Counted from the stretch's first letter, positions 20,719 to 31,419 are shown. The stretch is 64,000 nucleotides of DNA from an uncultured Methanomicrobiales archaeon (GCA_963758915.1 CAVWXH010000002.1:96001-160000); one strand, 5' to 3'. The notes: generated from the sequence alone by a model not told the origin. Translations and numbers: made by a program.

Positions 20719-21879
20719 GTGCTGCAGGGGTTGCTTATAATACTACCAAAATATACCTCCGTCATATTGTTTCTGGCGCTCATGGTAGCTGGTGCCTCAG
20801 CGTACGAGATCGTGATTGATGCCCCGACATCAATCCAGGCGGGAGCCCCCCTTGTCGTAAACGGGACAACGAACCTGGCAGACGGTGTGGGCATCAGCAT
20901 TGCACTGTCAAATGCTGACTACACTACCCTCGAAATTGAAAAGAAGGACCTTGTTGTGCAGCGTAGTGATGAAAATAAGTCATTTTCAGTGGTCTTTAAT
21001 ACGACCGGTCTGAAAAAGGGGCAGTACAAGGTCGAAGTATTACCAGTACAGGACTTTTCGCTCCTTGGCAGTTCAGTCACCATCCGCCCGGTGACCCTTG
21101 TTGACCGCTCGGATGAACTGGTCATCATCCCCCCGCTCAGTAAAGAATACGATGGCTCGCTAACCATTGCAGGAAATGGCCCCCGGATGATAAATTCCGG
21201 CATGGAGGTCGTGGTGACCAGTTCAAACGGGACCTTGCTGTTTGGTCCGGAATTTATCGGAACCGACTACATGGGGTACTTTTCAAAGACCTTTACGATC
21301 CCTGAACCGGGAAACTACATGGTGAATTTCTCTGATGCCCGTGGATTTATTGGTAATATTACCTATACCATAACAACACCAAGGGAACCACTGCCTGCGC
21401 TGGTCCTGCCGGAAGTAATTGGTACTCCGGCCGCCCCTCAATCGCCCTCAGTATCTGCCAGGGCATTGGCAAGCCGGGATGTACCGGCATACTTTGCAGT
21501 CATTGCCAACCCCGGACCGGTCCGGGTCTATACTTCAACAGGCACTGACTGGGTCCTTGAGTACCTCGACCGGGCTGGCACAGCTCACCGGGTCCACGAG
21601 GCAGGCTCGCAGTACCCCGAATCGGTGACATTCCAGAGCGACGGAAATACGACCTGGGTGAAGGTCTACCCTTCCAAGTACGAGGACAACAGCATTGTCA
21701 TGCTCTATGCAGAGGGTGCACTGGATATACAGGTGGCGGAGAAAGGTGTGAATTTCTTCCCCTCAACGAATCCTGGGACTTCTGTACCTGTTGGTATCCA
21801 GACATCCCCGTTACCATGGATGTTGTTCATCGGGGCAACGGGGATTGGGATACTCGTTATGCTGCGGAAAAGGGAATAA
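20719..21879 (+). CDS. Cell-surface protein with C-terminal sorting-like anchor
   Basis: Signal peptide (AGASA), Ig-like GTTNL motif, C-terminal SPL + TM helix + RKR; start uncertain. Confidence 0.8.
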   Translation: MLQGLLIILPKYTSVILFLALMVAGASAYEIVIDAPTSIQAGAPLVVNGTTNLADGVGISIALSNADYTTLEIEKKDLVVQRSDENKSFSVVFNTTGLKKGQYKVEVLPVQDFSLLGSSVTIRPVTLVDRSDELVIIPPLSKEYDGSLTIAGNGPRMINSGMEVVVTSSNGTLLFGPEFIGTDYMGYFSKTFTIPEPGNYMVNFSDARGFIGNITYTITTPREPLPALVLPEVIGTPAAPQSPSVSARALASRDVPAYFAVIANPGPVRVYTSTGTDWVLEYLDRAGTAHRVHEAGSQYPESVTFQSDGNTTWVKVYPSKYEDNSIVMLYAEGALDIQVAEKGVNFFPSTNPGTSVPVGIQTSPLPWMLFIGATGIGILVMLRKRE

Positions 21880-22124
21880 GTAACACCGCCTGGTACCAGG
21901 ACGGGCTGCCAGGACCGATTTTCAGGCCTTTTTCCTGTCCGGATGCTCTCCCCGGCCCCGGGGCAGTTCCCGGGTTCACTTCAGCATAACGTTCTTTTCC
22001 GACTTTGAACCCCTCTTTCACATGTCCCGGATCTGAAGGATGAGTGTGGTAGCCACCATTGAAAATAATGGTATAAGGCCCCGCCTTTCATCCTCCGGGA
22101 TCAAACATTCTCCCTTGATGTTAA

Positions 22125-23822
22125 TCAGACCACAAATGATTTTTTTATCAGCCCGTCTTTCATGATGGAGATTTTACCCCCGCTTTGCGAGACCACAAGC
22201 CCGATCGCGTCTGTCATCTGGCTGATCCCGGCCACTGATGAATGCCGTGTGCCGTAACCTTCCGGGATCTTCAGTTTCAGGTTATCGATAATGAAATGTC
22301 GTCCGGACGCTTCAATAAATCCATCTTCCCTGATTACGAATGCCCCGTCCATCATGGCCAGTCCCTTGATAATTTCGGCATTATCGGGATTAGTAATGAG
22401 CCGTCTCTCTCGTTCCTGTCCCGCAAATGAATTAATGGTGCATGCTCTTGAATGGGTCATGACTGAATCAGTATCCCCGATTACGAACGAGGTGCCGATC
22501 CGGTGGGCTTCATGCCCATCCCGGGAGATCTCCACGCAGAGGTGGAACACCGAGTCAAAGACCTCTTCGTTCACCCGTGTACCCTTCAGGACTGAATACT
22601 TCCATGGGTCAGCACGGATCAGCCGTGACTCCCCCGGCCCCTGTCCGGTGATATCCTCGCCAAGACAGAGCATTCCTGATAGTTTTCGCTCCGGGTCAAT
22701 GAGCGGGAGAATTTTCCATGCAACCCAGAACTTCTCCCCCGATTTTTTTGTATTTTCAAAGGCATGAACCGCATAGCCGTCCCGGCAAAAGACCGGGTCG
22801 TTGATCATCGCAATCATCTCTCCTGCATAACGGGAATGTTCCGGGACAATTGTCCCGATCAGGTTCTTTCCGACGACCTCACCTGCACGGTAGCCGAATG
22901 CTTCCGATGCCCGGGTGTTTGCATGGGTAATCGTTCCTGTGTCATCTGTCGTGATAACAATCCCCGGGACCCTGGCGATGACTTCCTCAAATGACCCTGA
23001 ACGTACCCAGTCCGAAGGAAAGACCTGCCCCTCGTCATCGCGTTCCCCGTCCCGGGCACCAGTCCGTTCAACAATCATGAGGTGACCTTTCATCGGGTCG
23101 AAACCATCAAGCCTCCTGACCCTGATCGTGCAGAAAACCCCCTTACCGTCTTTCGTGGCAAGGTTGTGGGATGCACAGTGCCACCCGGCGTCTTTCTTAC
23201 CTCTGAATATGGTGCGTGAAAACTCCATGTACTCCGCGGGTGAACAAAAGAGGTCAGGTAACTCCATCGACCTGGCTGCCCCTTCGGAATAACCGAGGAG
23301 TTCTGCCAGGTGCTGGTTAATTCTGCGTATTTCACGGCCGCAAAACACAGCGATCCCGATCTGGCTCCCATCGAGTACATCGAATATCTCCCTGTTTTCC
23401 CGTTCATGTTCATATGACAGGAAATGTTCCCGGACATACCGGGTAATGTACCTGGATGCAGCAGAATAAAGGTCATCCCTGTCACGGAAACCTGAAAGGT
23501 TATACTCAGTCGAGCAATCCCCGGCTTCCATCACAAGGGTTGCATCCCTGAGATATCCCTGCCGGTTTTTGTGGGTGCCCGGAGGAGTGATATCCACGCA
23601 GAGTAAAGATGCACCGGTTGTTTCCGCGGTATCCCGAACCTTACAGGTGACCTGTTCCCTTCCACAGACCAGGATGAGGTGGTAAGGACGTTCTGTCATT
23701 TTATTTACTGCATGTACCGGAGAAAAAGCCCTTTCAACCTGTATCCCGGGTAAACGGACCAGCGAGGATAACAGCACCTTATGGAACGCCAGGGAATTTT
23801 CGATGAAGAGGACCGATGACAC
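22125..23822 (-). CDS. Sensor diadenylate cyclase (degenerate REC-like, PAS, PAS, DisA_N/DAC)
   Basis: C-terminal IGTSFVIGD, MDGAFVI, GYGTRHSS and LVVSQSGG DAC motifs; two PAS/PAC segments. Confidence 0.88.
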   Translation of the reverse strand: MSSVLFIENSLAFHKVLLSSLVRLPGIQVERAFSPVHAVNKMTERPYHLILVCGREQVTCKVRDTAETTGASLLCVDITPPGTHKNRQGYLRDATLVMEAGDCSTEYNLSGFRDRDDLYSAASRYITRYVREHFLSYEHERENREIFDVLDGSQIGIAVFCGREIRRINQHLAELLGYSEGAARSMELPDLFCSPAEYMEFSRTIFRGKKDAGWHCASHNLATKDGKGVFCTIRVRRLDGFDPMKGHLMIVERTGARDGERDDEGQVFPSDWVRSGSFEEVIARVPGIVITTDDTGTITHANTRASEAFGYRAGEVVGKNLIGTIVPEHSRYAGEMIAMINDPVFCRDGYAVHAFENTKKSGEKFWVAWKILPLIDPERKLSGMLCLGEDITGQGPGESRLIRADPWKYSVLKGTRVNEEVFDSVFHLCVEISRDGHEAHRIGTSFVIGDTDSVMTHSRACTINSFAGQERERRLITNPDNAEIIKGLAMMDGAFVIREDGFIEASGRHFIIDNLKLKIPEGYGTRHSSVAGISQMTDAIGLVVSQSGGKISIMKDGLIKKSFVV

Positions 23823-23982
23823 GTTTAGAAATCACAACCTGGGGCTGACACACCCAGATATCTGATAGATTGTCAGACAGATAAAAATGTATTGGATTTA
23901 ACGTGAAATAACGGCAGACAGACGTCGTACAGGTGGCCGATACGGTCCCTGTACCTGCAGCTTCATATACAGGGTTGAACCG

Positions 23983-24243
23983 TTATTCATGGATTTTCTG
24001 GAGGCAACCCCTGCCTTTACCGGTTATGGAAAGGTGCGTTTCGGTAGTTGCCCGTCCTTCGAAGAGGTACCTCCGGATTACCAGCTGGCGAACTCTTGAA
24101 CGGACATCATATTCCCCGTACTCCGGGATCATCCGGGAAACAACATGGCTGATTTTACAGCCCGGAACATCTGAAACTTCCTGTAAAATCCGGAGATAGG
24201 TGGTATCTGCCACGAATTCCTTCTTTTTGAACAATTCACTCAT
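23983..24243 (-). CDS. Small winged-helix-like protein
   Basis: LRILQEVSDVPGCKISHVV...LSITGKGR pattern. Confidence 0.55.
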   Translation of the reverse strand: MSELFKKKEFVADTTYLRILQEVSDVPGCKISHVVSRMIPEYGEYDVRSRVRQLVIRRYLFEGRATTETHLSITGKGRGCLQKIHE

Positions 24244-24738
24244 AATTATCATCCCATGGTCTGTTGTTTTAAGGAGAGAATAAAAGAGCAACCTGGTATT
24301 TTATGGTTGTATGAATTTTATCTCTCTCTTTTTCATATTATTACTATTATACTTCAGAGGAGTAATACCTATGTTTAGGAGCCGATATGGCGGGTACTGA
24401 TACAAAGGAAAACTGCCCGCTTGATACCCTGTGTGACGTTAACAAAAAACGTAGCGATAAAGACAGCAGAGGGTTTCACCCCTTCCCTGTCACACCTGAG
24501 AAAGATATTTTCTCTCCCTTAATTTGTATCGTTATATGAATCAGGTCGTGAATATAGGATTGCCGGGTATCGAATTGGCTTGTTGAAATATAAAACTCCG
24601 CATTACGCCAGAACCATGCAGTTATACGGGCAAACCGAGGAGTAATCTGAAAAAATCTCATTAAATATTATTGCGTTTAAGATTGTGTTGTGCCCGGGAA
24701 ACATCCGGAGCACAACAATGTAGGAGGTAACCGAATTC

Positions 24739-25142
24739 ATGACAAGTAAACGCTGTCAGCAACGATCATCATCAGCCTGGCTTTGCTGATATTGCTGACC
24801 GGAAGCGTCTCAGCCGACGTTGTCCAGGCGGGAAGTTCATTCGATGCCACACTCACCTCGGTCACCACCCACCTCGATGCAAAGATCGTGGGTAATGACC
24901 AGGACTCCCCAGTTGTCCTCAACTATGACATATCAGCACACGGCATTAACAAGCCTGACGGGACCACCGTACCGATGACCGGTTCGGTGACAGCCTATGT
25001 CAGGGCACACATCACGGGTGCTCGCGACGGTTCCGAACGCACCAGCCAGGACCTCACCTATAGCGAAATTACAACAGCCAGCGGCCTGATCACCAGTTTC
25101 CAGAAATCTATCGCCTACAGGGGCGGCAGCTTTCTGGTCTGA
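24739..25142 (+). CDS. Secreted hypothetical protein (frameshift in signal peptide)
   Basis: AGGAGG RBS and ATG at 24739; adding one A to AAA at 24748-24750 restores MTSKTLSATIIISLALLILLTGSVSA in frame with ORF 24783-25142. Confidence 0.65.
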
Positions 25143-25267
25143 AGTTTGGGAACAGGACAGGTAAAATGGAGTATATCTCCACAAACCCTGTTTTTATGTA
25201 ATCTGAAAAGAGACTCTTTTCCTGGCCAGTTTTAGAAGATGTTAAAGACCTAAATAGAAAAAAGGGA

Positions 25268-26545
25268 TTATTTATTAGCCCATTTCAGGGGCAATTTGTC
25301 GATATTATTGGTGGACAGCGTATAGGGCTGGTTGCAGATACCGTTTGTAGCTGGTGTAATCTGTGAGAATCCCTGGCCATTTGGCTGTCCCCAGGAGTTT
25401 CCGCCGGAGTTTGCCCCGCCGGTAATGCTTATCTTGGCCGACTGTGTCAGATTCCATTTGTTCTCCGGAAGACCTGAAACAAGGTTGGCATTCTTGGCAT
25501 TGTAGAAGTAGTTATTGACAATTACGTTATTAGCGGTGTCCCACATCATAATACCATCATCAACATTGTTTCTGATATAGTTACCATATATCGTGTTCCG
25601 GCTATTGCGGATAATTCTTATCCCGGAATCGTTGTTCTTGTCGAATGTATTACTAAACACCATATTGTAGTTTGCATCGTCCATCAGGATGATACCATTA
25701 TAGGTGTTGTTCATCACCGTATTCTGGGTAAACTCATTATCATACGAGTCTTCATAAACCCTGATTCCATGCCAGAGATTGTCCTTTACAGTGTTTTTAG
25801 TGAAGATATTATCGCTTGACCTGTAGATTTCAATACCCTCATTTTTGTTACCGGTCATGGTATTCCCGGTAACAGTGTTGAAATTACCTTGTTCATTGAA
25901 GTGTAATCCTGAACCTATATTATTGAGCAATTTGTTGTTCAGGATATCATTGTTACTCGAGAAACGGATCCTTACGCCGTCATCTCCGTTGGTTGTGACA
26001 GTGTTACCCGTGATCGTATTGGAATTACTGCCATCGTAGAGAAGAATACCAACCGCGCCATTTCCACTCGCCGTGCATGTTTTAATGGTATTCCGTAGGG
26101 AATTTTGAAGTAAAATCCCGTTCCCGGTATTACTTGATACCGTCACCTTCTCGAGCTGGGAACTTTTCACATCTGTCAGGAATACACCAGTACCCCAGTC
26201 AGTAAGGACCACGTTTTTGACTACGACGTTAAAAAGTGTCATCCCTGAATTATAAATCCTGATACCTACACTGCTCGTTCCGTCAACACCATCCACAATT
26301 TTTCCTTTTCCATCTAGCACCACGTTCGGTACAGCGATGATAATCCCGACAGCGGAACCAATGATGTTATTTGCCAGGTAGTAATCTCCGGGCACCGTGA
26401 TTACGACCGGACCGGTGATAGGTGTTGCGGCTGACACAGCACCTGTCATTGCCAAACTTGCAAGAACGATTAAAACCACAATCCATACATATCCCTGGTG
26501 ATTCCCTCCCAAGGGTCTTTTATCAGGATCAATTAAAGAAACCAT
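25268..26545 (-). CDS. Surface protein with right-handed parallel beta-helix (NosD/CASH) repeats
   Basis: Signal peptide, ~22-aa Asn-rich repeats (NTITGNTVTTNGDDGVRI), GGNSW and DKLPL C-terminal motifs. Confidence 0.88.
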   Translation of the reverse strand: MVSLIDPDKRPLGGNHQGYVWIVVLIVLASLAMTGAVSAATPITGPVVITVPGDYYLANNIIGSAVGIIIAVPNVVLDGKGKIVDGVDGTSSVGIRIYNSGMTLFNVVVKNVVLTDWGTGVFLTDVKSSQLEKVTVSSNTGNGILLQNSLRNTIKTCTASGNGAVGILLYDGSNSNTITGNTVTTNGDDGVRIRFSSNNDILNNKLLNNIGSGLHFNEQGNFNTVTGNTMTGNKNEGIEIYRSSDNIFTKNTVKDNLWHGIRVYEDSYDNEFTQNTVMNNTYNGIILMDDANYNMVFSNTFDKNNDSGIRIIRNSRNTIYGNYIRNNVDDGIMMWDTANNVIVNNYFYNAKNANLVSGLPENKWNLTQSAKISITGGANSGGNSWGQPNGQGFSQITPATNGICNQPYTLSTNNIDKLPLKWANK

Positions 26546-26802
26546 GAAACTCACCTTTCCCCATGCCTGCATACCCTGCGGTAGAGTCCAGCAAGTATCA
26601 ATTGCGGTCTCCGAATAACCATGGTTATTCCCTCCAACGGATATGCCGCACATGTCACTAGACAAGTTTACAATAAATACGTTTCGAATTCTCTAAAACC
26701 AGGATAAGCGGGATCACAATACCGGATATCATACAGGTCTTTCCCAGCCTGGCCAGACCAAACCTTTTATGTTGAACTTCGCACTATCTTCAACCGGTTG
26801 TT

Positions 26803-27024
26803 ATGATTGTAAATCCCGGCCAGATCATTATCTTCGGACTCCCCCTGTATTTCTACCTGGGAATTGTCACCTTTATTGCACTTATTTCGACCGCTGTGCT
26901 AGGAATGTTATTTGTAAAAGGAAAGTATGGCGTTCAGTTTTCCTGGCATATGAACCTTGCACGGATCACCATTGTCATTGCAATTATTCATGGGGCCCTT
27001 GTTGCCTGGGCATACATGTTCTGA
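26803..27024 (+). CDS. Small membrane protein
   Basis: 73 aa, two TM helices with WH...IIHG histidines. Confidence 0.65.
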   Translation: MIVNPGQIIIFGLPLYFYLGIVTFIALISTAVLGMLFVKGKYGVQFSWHMNLARITIVIAIIHGALVAWAYMF

Positions 27025-27125
27025 CAACGAGATTTTAGATCTCCCACCCGGACTTTCCCTTCAGGAACTATTTGGTCAGCTGGTGTCATACCCTCGCTGA
27101 CATCGGGCCGTCCCAACCTCTTTTT

Positions 27126-27941
27126 TCAGTATCCTGAGGCATAATAATACCCGTCATCCTTCCGGACGCGGACCGGGACTGAAAACAGGTTGCTGATATT
27201 CCTATCCGTCAGGACTTCGCCTTTCGGGCCGTCCATGCAAAAGTGCCCGTCTTTCATCAGGATGACCCGGGTAATTTCAGGGATAATATCATGGAGGTTA
27301 TGAGTCACGAGAATTATTCCTGTCCCGGCCCCGGATATGTTCCGGCATGTTGTGCGGAAAGTGTGAAGCGCATGTAAATCCAGGCTGTTGGTGGGCTCAT
27401 CGAGGACCAGGGTTTTCGGGTCGTGCACCAGTGCCCTGCCGATCACAACACGACGTGCCTCACCGGATGATATTTCCGTCATTTTTCTCTCTTCCAGGTG
27501 CCGGATCTCCAGGAAATCAAGGATTTCACTTGTTCTTCTCTCCATTTCAGGTGTGACATGGTGGCGGAAGAGACCGATACTGCTGAAAAACCCTGATACT
27601 ACCACTTCCCGGGCGGTCATCTCCCTGGAACATGCAGATACCAGGTCATTGGAAACGATCCCGAACGTGGACCGCAGGTCAAAGACGTCCCATGTGTCCC
27701 TGCCCCTGACACGGAATAGTACTCCCTCCTCCTGTAACAGCGGATAATACTCCCTGGTAATCGTTTTTATGAATGATGATTTCCCGGCACCGTTGGGCCC
27801 CAGAATTGCAATGTTCTCTCCCTCCTCCAGTGTTAAGGAGATTGAATCAAGGATTTTCTTCTTACCGTTCATCACGGTAATATTTTTAAATTCCAGGAGC
27901 GGGATGTTTTTTCGTGTTTGGGTTGTGTCATACGGGGTCAA
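27126..27941 (-). CDS. ABC transporter ATP-binding protein (ModF-like)
   Basis: GPNGAGKS, ISSGE, LVLDEPT and VTHN motifs. Confidence 0.92.
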   Translation of the reverse strand: MTPYDTTQTRKNIPLLEFKNITVMNGKKKILDSISLTLEEGENIAILGPNGAGKSSFIKTITREYYPLLQEEGVLFRVRGRDTWDVFDLRSTFGIVSNDLVSACSREMTAREVVVSGFFSSIGLFRHHVTPEMERRTSEILDFLEIRHLEERKMTEISSGEARRVVIGRALVHDPKTLVLDEPTNSLDLHALHTFRTTCRNISGAGTGIILVTHNLHDIIPEITRVILMKDGHFCMDGPKGEVLTDRNISNLFSVPVRVRKDDGYYYASGY

Positions 27942-28036
27942 TGGTAATCCTCACCTGCAATATGCTGTCCGCAGCTCGTTACAGGGCCTGAATCGTCAGG
28001 GGTCCCGGGTGAAAAAAGTGGTTACTGCTATCAGGC

Positions 28037-28195
28037 TTATTTTCTTCTTTTGTTTTTCTGGTTGGCAGCAATTTTTTCTTTTGCCGTCAAAGGAGCTACC
28101 TTGTTCCCCGCGACCGGTGCCTCTGCTACCGCTGATTTCCCATCGGCACGTTCAGGCTTTTTACTAGTGCCTTTCTGACTACCCTGGTCTTTCAT
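28037..28195 (-). CDS. Lysine-rich microprotein (52 aa)
   Basis: Manual translation MKDQGSQKGTSKKPERADGKSAVAEAPVAGNKVAPLTAKEKIAANQKNKRRK; TTTATA box ~25 nt upstream. Confidence 0.6.
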   Translation of the reverse strand: MKDQGSQKGTSKKPERADGKSAVAEAPVAGNKVAPLTAKEKIAANQKNKRRK

Positions 28196-28426
28196 GAGGA
28201 ACCATACGATTCAGGAATATAAAAACATTATCTGGAAAGTCCTGATTATACGCGTTTTTAAGAATTGAATTTCACAATGTGCAGCGTTCGTCTAAAATTC
28301 ACCGCACTGGCTCTGCCGGCCCGTGGTAATGTAAGCAACCGGTCCAACCCGAAGTTGCAGCTGTCCTCGTAACAGGACAAAAAAAGTCAGAATGGGATAG
28401 TACCTGATGCTTCAACTAAAATTAAG

Positions 28427-28582
28427 TTAGTGCTTGCCTTTTTTTGTCTTTGCAGCGTTTTTATCTTTCATTGAATTAATTTTTTGTTGGTCCATCGGGT
28501 TCGCAGCTTTCACGGGAGCTGCTGTCGCGGGACTAACCGTTGCCTTATGTCCCTTTGTTTTTTGCTCGCCCTGTTTTTTCAT
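28427..28582 (-). CDS. Lysine-rich microprotein (51 aa)
   Basis: Manual translation MKKQGEQKTKGHKATVSPATAAPVKAANPMDQQKINSMKDKNAAKTKKGKH; similar to the neighbour; TATATA box upstream. Confidence 0.6.
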   Translation of the reverse strand: MKKQGEQKTKGHKATVSPATAAPVKAANPMDQQKINSMKDKNAAKTKKGKH

Positions 28583-28829
28583 GGCGGTACTACGACAGCA
28601 GGGAGTATATAGATACCCTCACTACCCTGCCAGTATAATTAAGGTTTTTTCCCGGAAACGATTATGAACGGCCGTGTGTCAGTATCTTTGCCTCAACCAG
28701 AACAATGACGGTTATCCAGGCTGGAAAGGGTCCGGGCCGCCAATTACCCTTTTTTGCAAATGATGGTCACCACTATCCGGAAAATGATGATCGTAGGTAT
28801 TTATTTAGATCAATGATGAGCTATCGGTT

Positions 28830-29198
28830 ATGTCCATGGAGCAGAGAGCCCGGCACTGTGGGTTCTACGTAATTCCTGCAGGAGGACTTATCGGCCTTGG
28901 GATAGGGATTATCCTTGGTTACCAGTTTACCGGATTCCTGGCTGGTGTGGGGCTTGGATACCTTGTTTTTACTGCCGGGTCAGGGAATTGTCCGGGGTAC
29001 CAGGACCAGTCCGGAACTCCCGTCCGGTGTCACGGGTCCTACCTTGTCCGGGTGATTATAGGACTTTACATTATTGCCAGCGGTTTTGCAATTATCTGGG
29101 TCCCACGTTCAGAATGGCCAACTATTCTGGCTATATTTTTAGTCCTTACCGGGGTGTGGTTTATCGTCCATGGTTATTACCGGGGCAGGTCATGGTGA
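28830..29198 (+). CDS. Hypothetical membrane protein
   Basis: Four TM segments, IPAGGLIGLGIG. Confidence 0.7.
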   Translation: MSMEQRARHCGFYVIPAGGLIGLGIGIILGYQFTGFLAGVGLGYLVFTAGSGNCPGYQDQSGTPVRCHGSYLVRVIIGLYIIASGFAIIWVPRSEWPTILAIFLVLTGVWFIVHGYYRGRSW

Positions 29199-29389
29199 TA
29201 CCCGGGTCCCGTCACAATAACCGGGAAAACAACCCCGGGGATCCTGTTGATTGCTCAACCTGCCCTTCCCCTGGCAGAGAAAATCCGGCAGGGGATTCCC
29301 AATTTATGGATTGTCCATAAAAAGCCCGGTTTCAGACCGGCAGGTTTTTTATATCATCTCTTAATCGTCTAATGTGGAGGGACCACCAG

Positions 29390-30579
29390 TTGGCGAAGAT
29401 TTCTGCGAAAATAGATACGGCACTTGTTGATGAAATCGATGCAGACAGGAAAGGCAAGGGCCTTAAATTATCTGAATGGGTGGCATTGGCGATTGACAGG
29501 TACCTTCATCCGGAAGAGCCGGATACTGAAGTTATTACAGAAATCAGCCATTTAAAAGAGTTTTCTGCCGAACTCTCTGTTGCACGGGACACGGCCGTTG
29601 CCGAATCCAAAAAGCAGAAAACTACCATCAGCCTCCTCCAGGAGCAGCAGATCCGCCTGGATACCGAGTCTATACCAGTATAAGAGCACCAGCGACCAGC
29701 TCCGGAACGAGCGGGATGCACTGAATGCAGAACTGACCCAGGCCGCAAATAACGCGAAACTCCTCCGGAATGAGAAGGATATCCTGGTCGCCGACTTACA
29801 CCAGTATAAGAGCATCAGCGACCAGCTCCGGAACGAGCGGGATGCACTGAATGCAGAACTGACCCAGGCAGGCAATAACCTCGGCCTGCTCCGGAATGAA
29901 CGTGACCTGCTTGTAGCGGATTTAAGCCAGTATAAGAGCATCAGCGACCAGCTGCGGAACGAGCGCGATGCACTGAACGCCGAACTGACCCGGGCAGGCA
30001 ATAACCTCGGCCTCCTCCGGAATGAACGTGACCTGCTTGTGGCTGACTTAAACCAGTTTAAGGGCGCCAGCGACCAGCTCCGGAAAGACAATGACTGGAT
30101 AAATGCTGAACTTTTAAGGGAGAAATCCGGCATTATAGTTCTCCAGCGTGAACGGGACCTGCTGGTTGCCGACCTGGAACAGCAGAAAAGTATTGCTGAC
30201 CGGAGTCTTTGTGAGCGGGACTCGGTCCTTACTGAACTGGCCGGGCTGAAAAGCAGCTGTGCCGGACTCCGGGCTGAACGGGACCAGTCTTGCTGCAGCT
30301 GTAACCGGGCTTCAAAGTACTGTTGACCACCTCAGGGGTGCCAGGGACCATGCAGAATCTGACCGGAATAAGTTCCTTAATGAGCGTGAAGACCTTGAAA
30401 AGCAAATCCACGAGTTAAAGGTGGAAGCAGAGCTCAGCAAGGCGAAAAACTTTATTATTGACGAATTGCGGAAGGATAAAGAATTTTTACAGGGGGAGTT
30501 CCGGAAAATGAGCGATCGTGCCCCCCTGCAGTTACCACCTCCCCGCGAGTCTTTCTGGAGCTGGATATGGGGTGAATGA
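29390..30579 (+). CDS. Ribbon-helix-helix + long coiled-coil repeat protein with Trp-rich C-terminal tail (two +1 frameshifts)
   Basis: GGAGG then TTG at 29390; three ORF pieces join into ~395 aa on removing single T at 29669 and 30288; ends LPPPRESFWSWIWGE. Confidence 0.75.
29675..30180 (+). repeat. Intragenic tandem repeat, 126-bp unit (42 aa, 21-aa sub-period), ~4 copies
   Basis: CCAGT(A/T)TAAG starts at 29675, 29801, 29927 and 30053; LRNERD-like motif every 21 aa. Confidence 0.9.
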
Positions 30580-30673
30580 ACGTGAAAGTGCTATTTTTTT
30601 ATTCAGTCTCCTTCCCGGTCCTTTCAGGGCTGAAATATTTCCGGAATGTAGTACAAAATCCTCCCGTTTTTCT

Positions 30674-30785
30674 GGCTTTATCAAAATCCTGCGTAGTTAA
30701 AAAAAAGGAAGGAAAATTCGGCTGGTATGAAAAACTCCGGCAAAACAATCTGAAAGGCCACCTTTTTCATGCCCATCTATGAGCC
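30674..30785 (+). mobile_element. MITE-like repeat, short derivative
   Basis: GGCTTTATCAAAATCCTGCGTAGTTAAAAAAAAGGAAGG resembles the left end at 13004; ends GAGCC; further end-like sequences at 30789 and 30802. Confidence 0.5.
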
Positions 30786-30924
30786 AGAGGCTCATAGCAC
30801 GCTTTGTTGAAAACCCTTCAGCCGGAATTTTTTCACATCCCAGCCCGGGATACTGTTTGAGAGGCATACCCCATTCATGATCCGATGAAAACCCTCATTA
30901 CCCATCAGGTGATCAGGTGTAATT

Positions 30925-31419
30925 GTGGAACTATTCATTCTGAGACACGGGAAAGCAGAAGCCCGGGCAATGGGTATTCATGATGCTGACCGTGCCCTGA
31001 CCGGACAGGGAAGGGAGGAAATTAAGAAAATCGGCCACTGGACGGTAGACATGGGATATACCTTCGACCTGATTGCGACCAGCCCGCTGAAAAGGGCCCG
31101 GGAGACAGCTGAAATAATTGGCTCAACCACAAAACAGGAGCATACCATCCAGGTCTGGGACCTCCTTTCCCCCGGGGGTGACCTCGGGGCCCTGTCACGC
31201 CATATTGCGACGGCTGGTGGGGACCGTTCAGTCCTGATAATCGGGCATGAACCGATGCTCTCGCTTGTTATCAGCCGCATAATTTCCGGGAATGCCACGG
31301 CATCAGTAGTCCTTGCCAAGGGTGCCTTCGCCAGGATAAAAAATGTTACCTTTCATGGAGACCTTTCCGGGGAACTCCACAGTCTCATTACACCAAAACA
31401 GATTTCCCCGGGGACCTGA
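30925..31419 (+). CDS. sixA: Phosphohistidine phosphatase SixA
   Basis: ILRHGKA, DRALT, SPLKRARET and IGHEP motifs. Confidence 0.88.
   Translation: MELFILRHGKAEARAMGIHDADRALTGQGREEIKKIGHWTVDMGYTFDLIATSPLKRARETAEIIGSTTKQEHTIQVWDLLSPGGDLGALSRHIATAGGDRSVLIIGHEPMLSLVISRIISGNATASVVLAKGAFARIKNVTFHGDLSGELHSLITPKQISPGT

Noticed and set aside
24739-24790. Programmed frameshift in the signal peptide of the secreted protein
   Set aside because: One missing A in a short homopolymer explains it. There is no slippery heptamer, and the contig has many such indels.
29675-30180. Tandem repeats here, at 32.5 kb and at 54.4 kb as CRISPR arrays or DGR template/variable repeats
   Set aside because: They are contiguous in-frame coding repeats with no spacers, no adenine-specific variation and no reverse transcriptase nearby.
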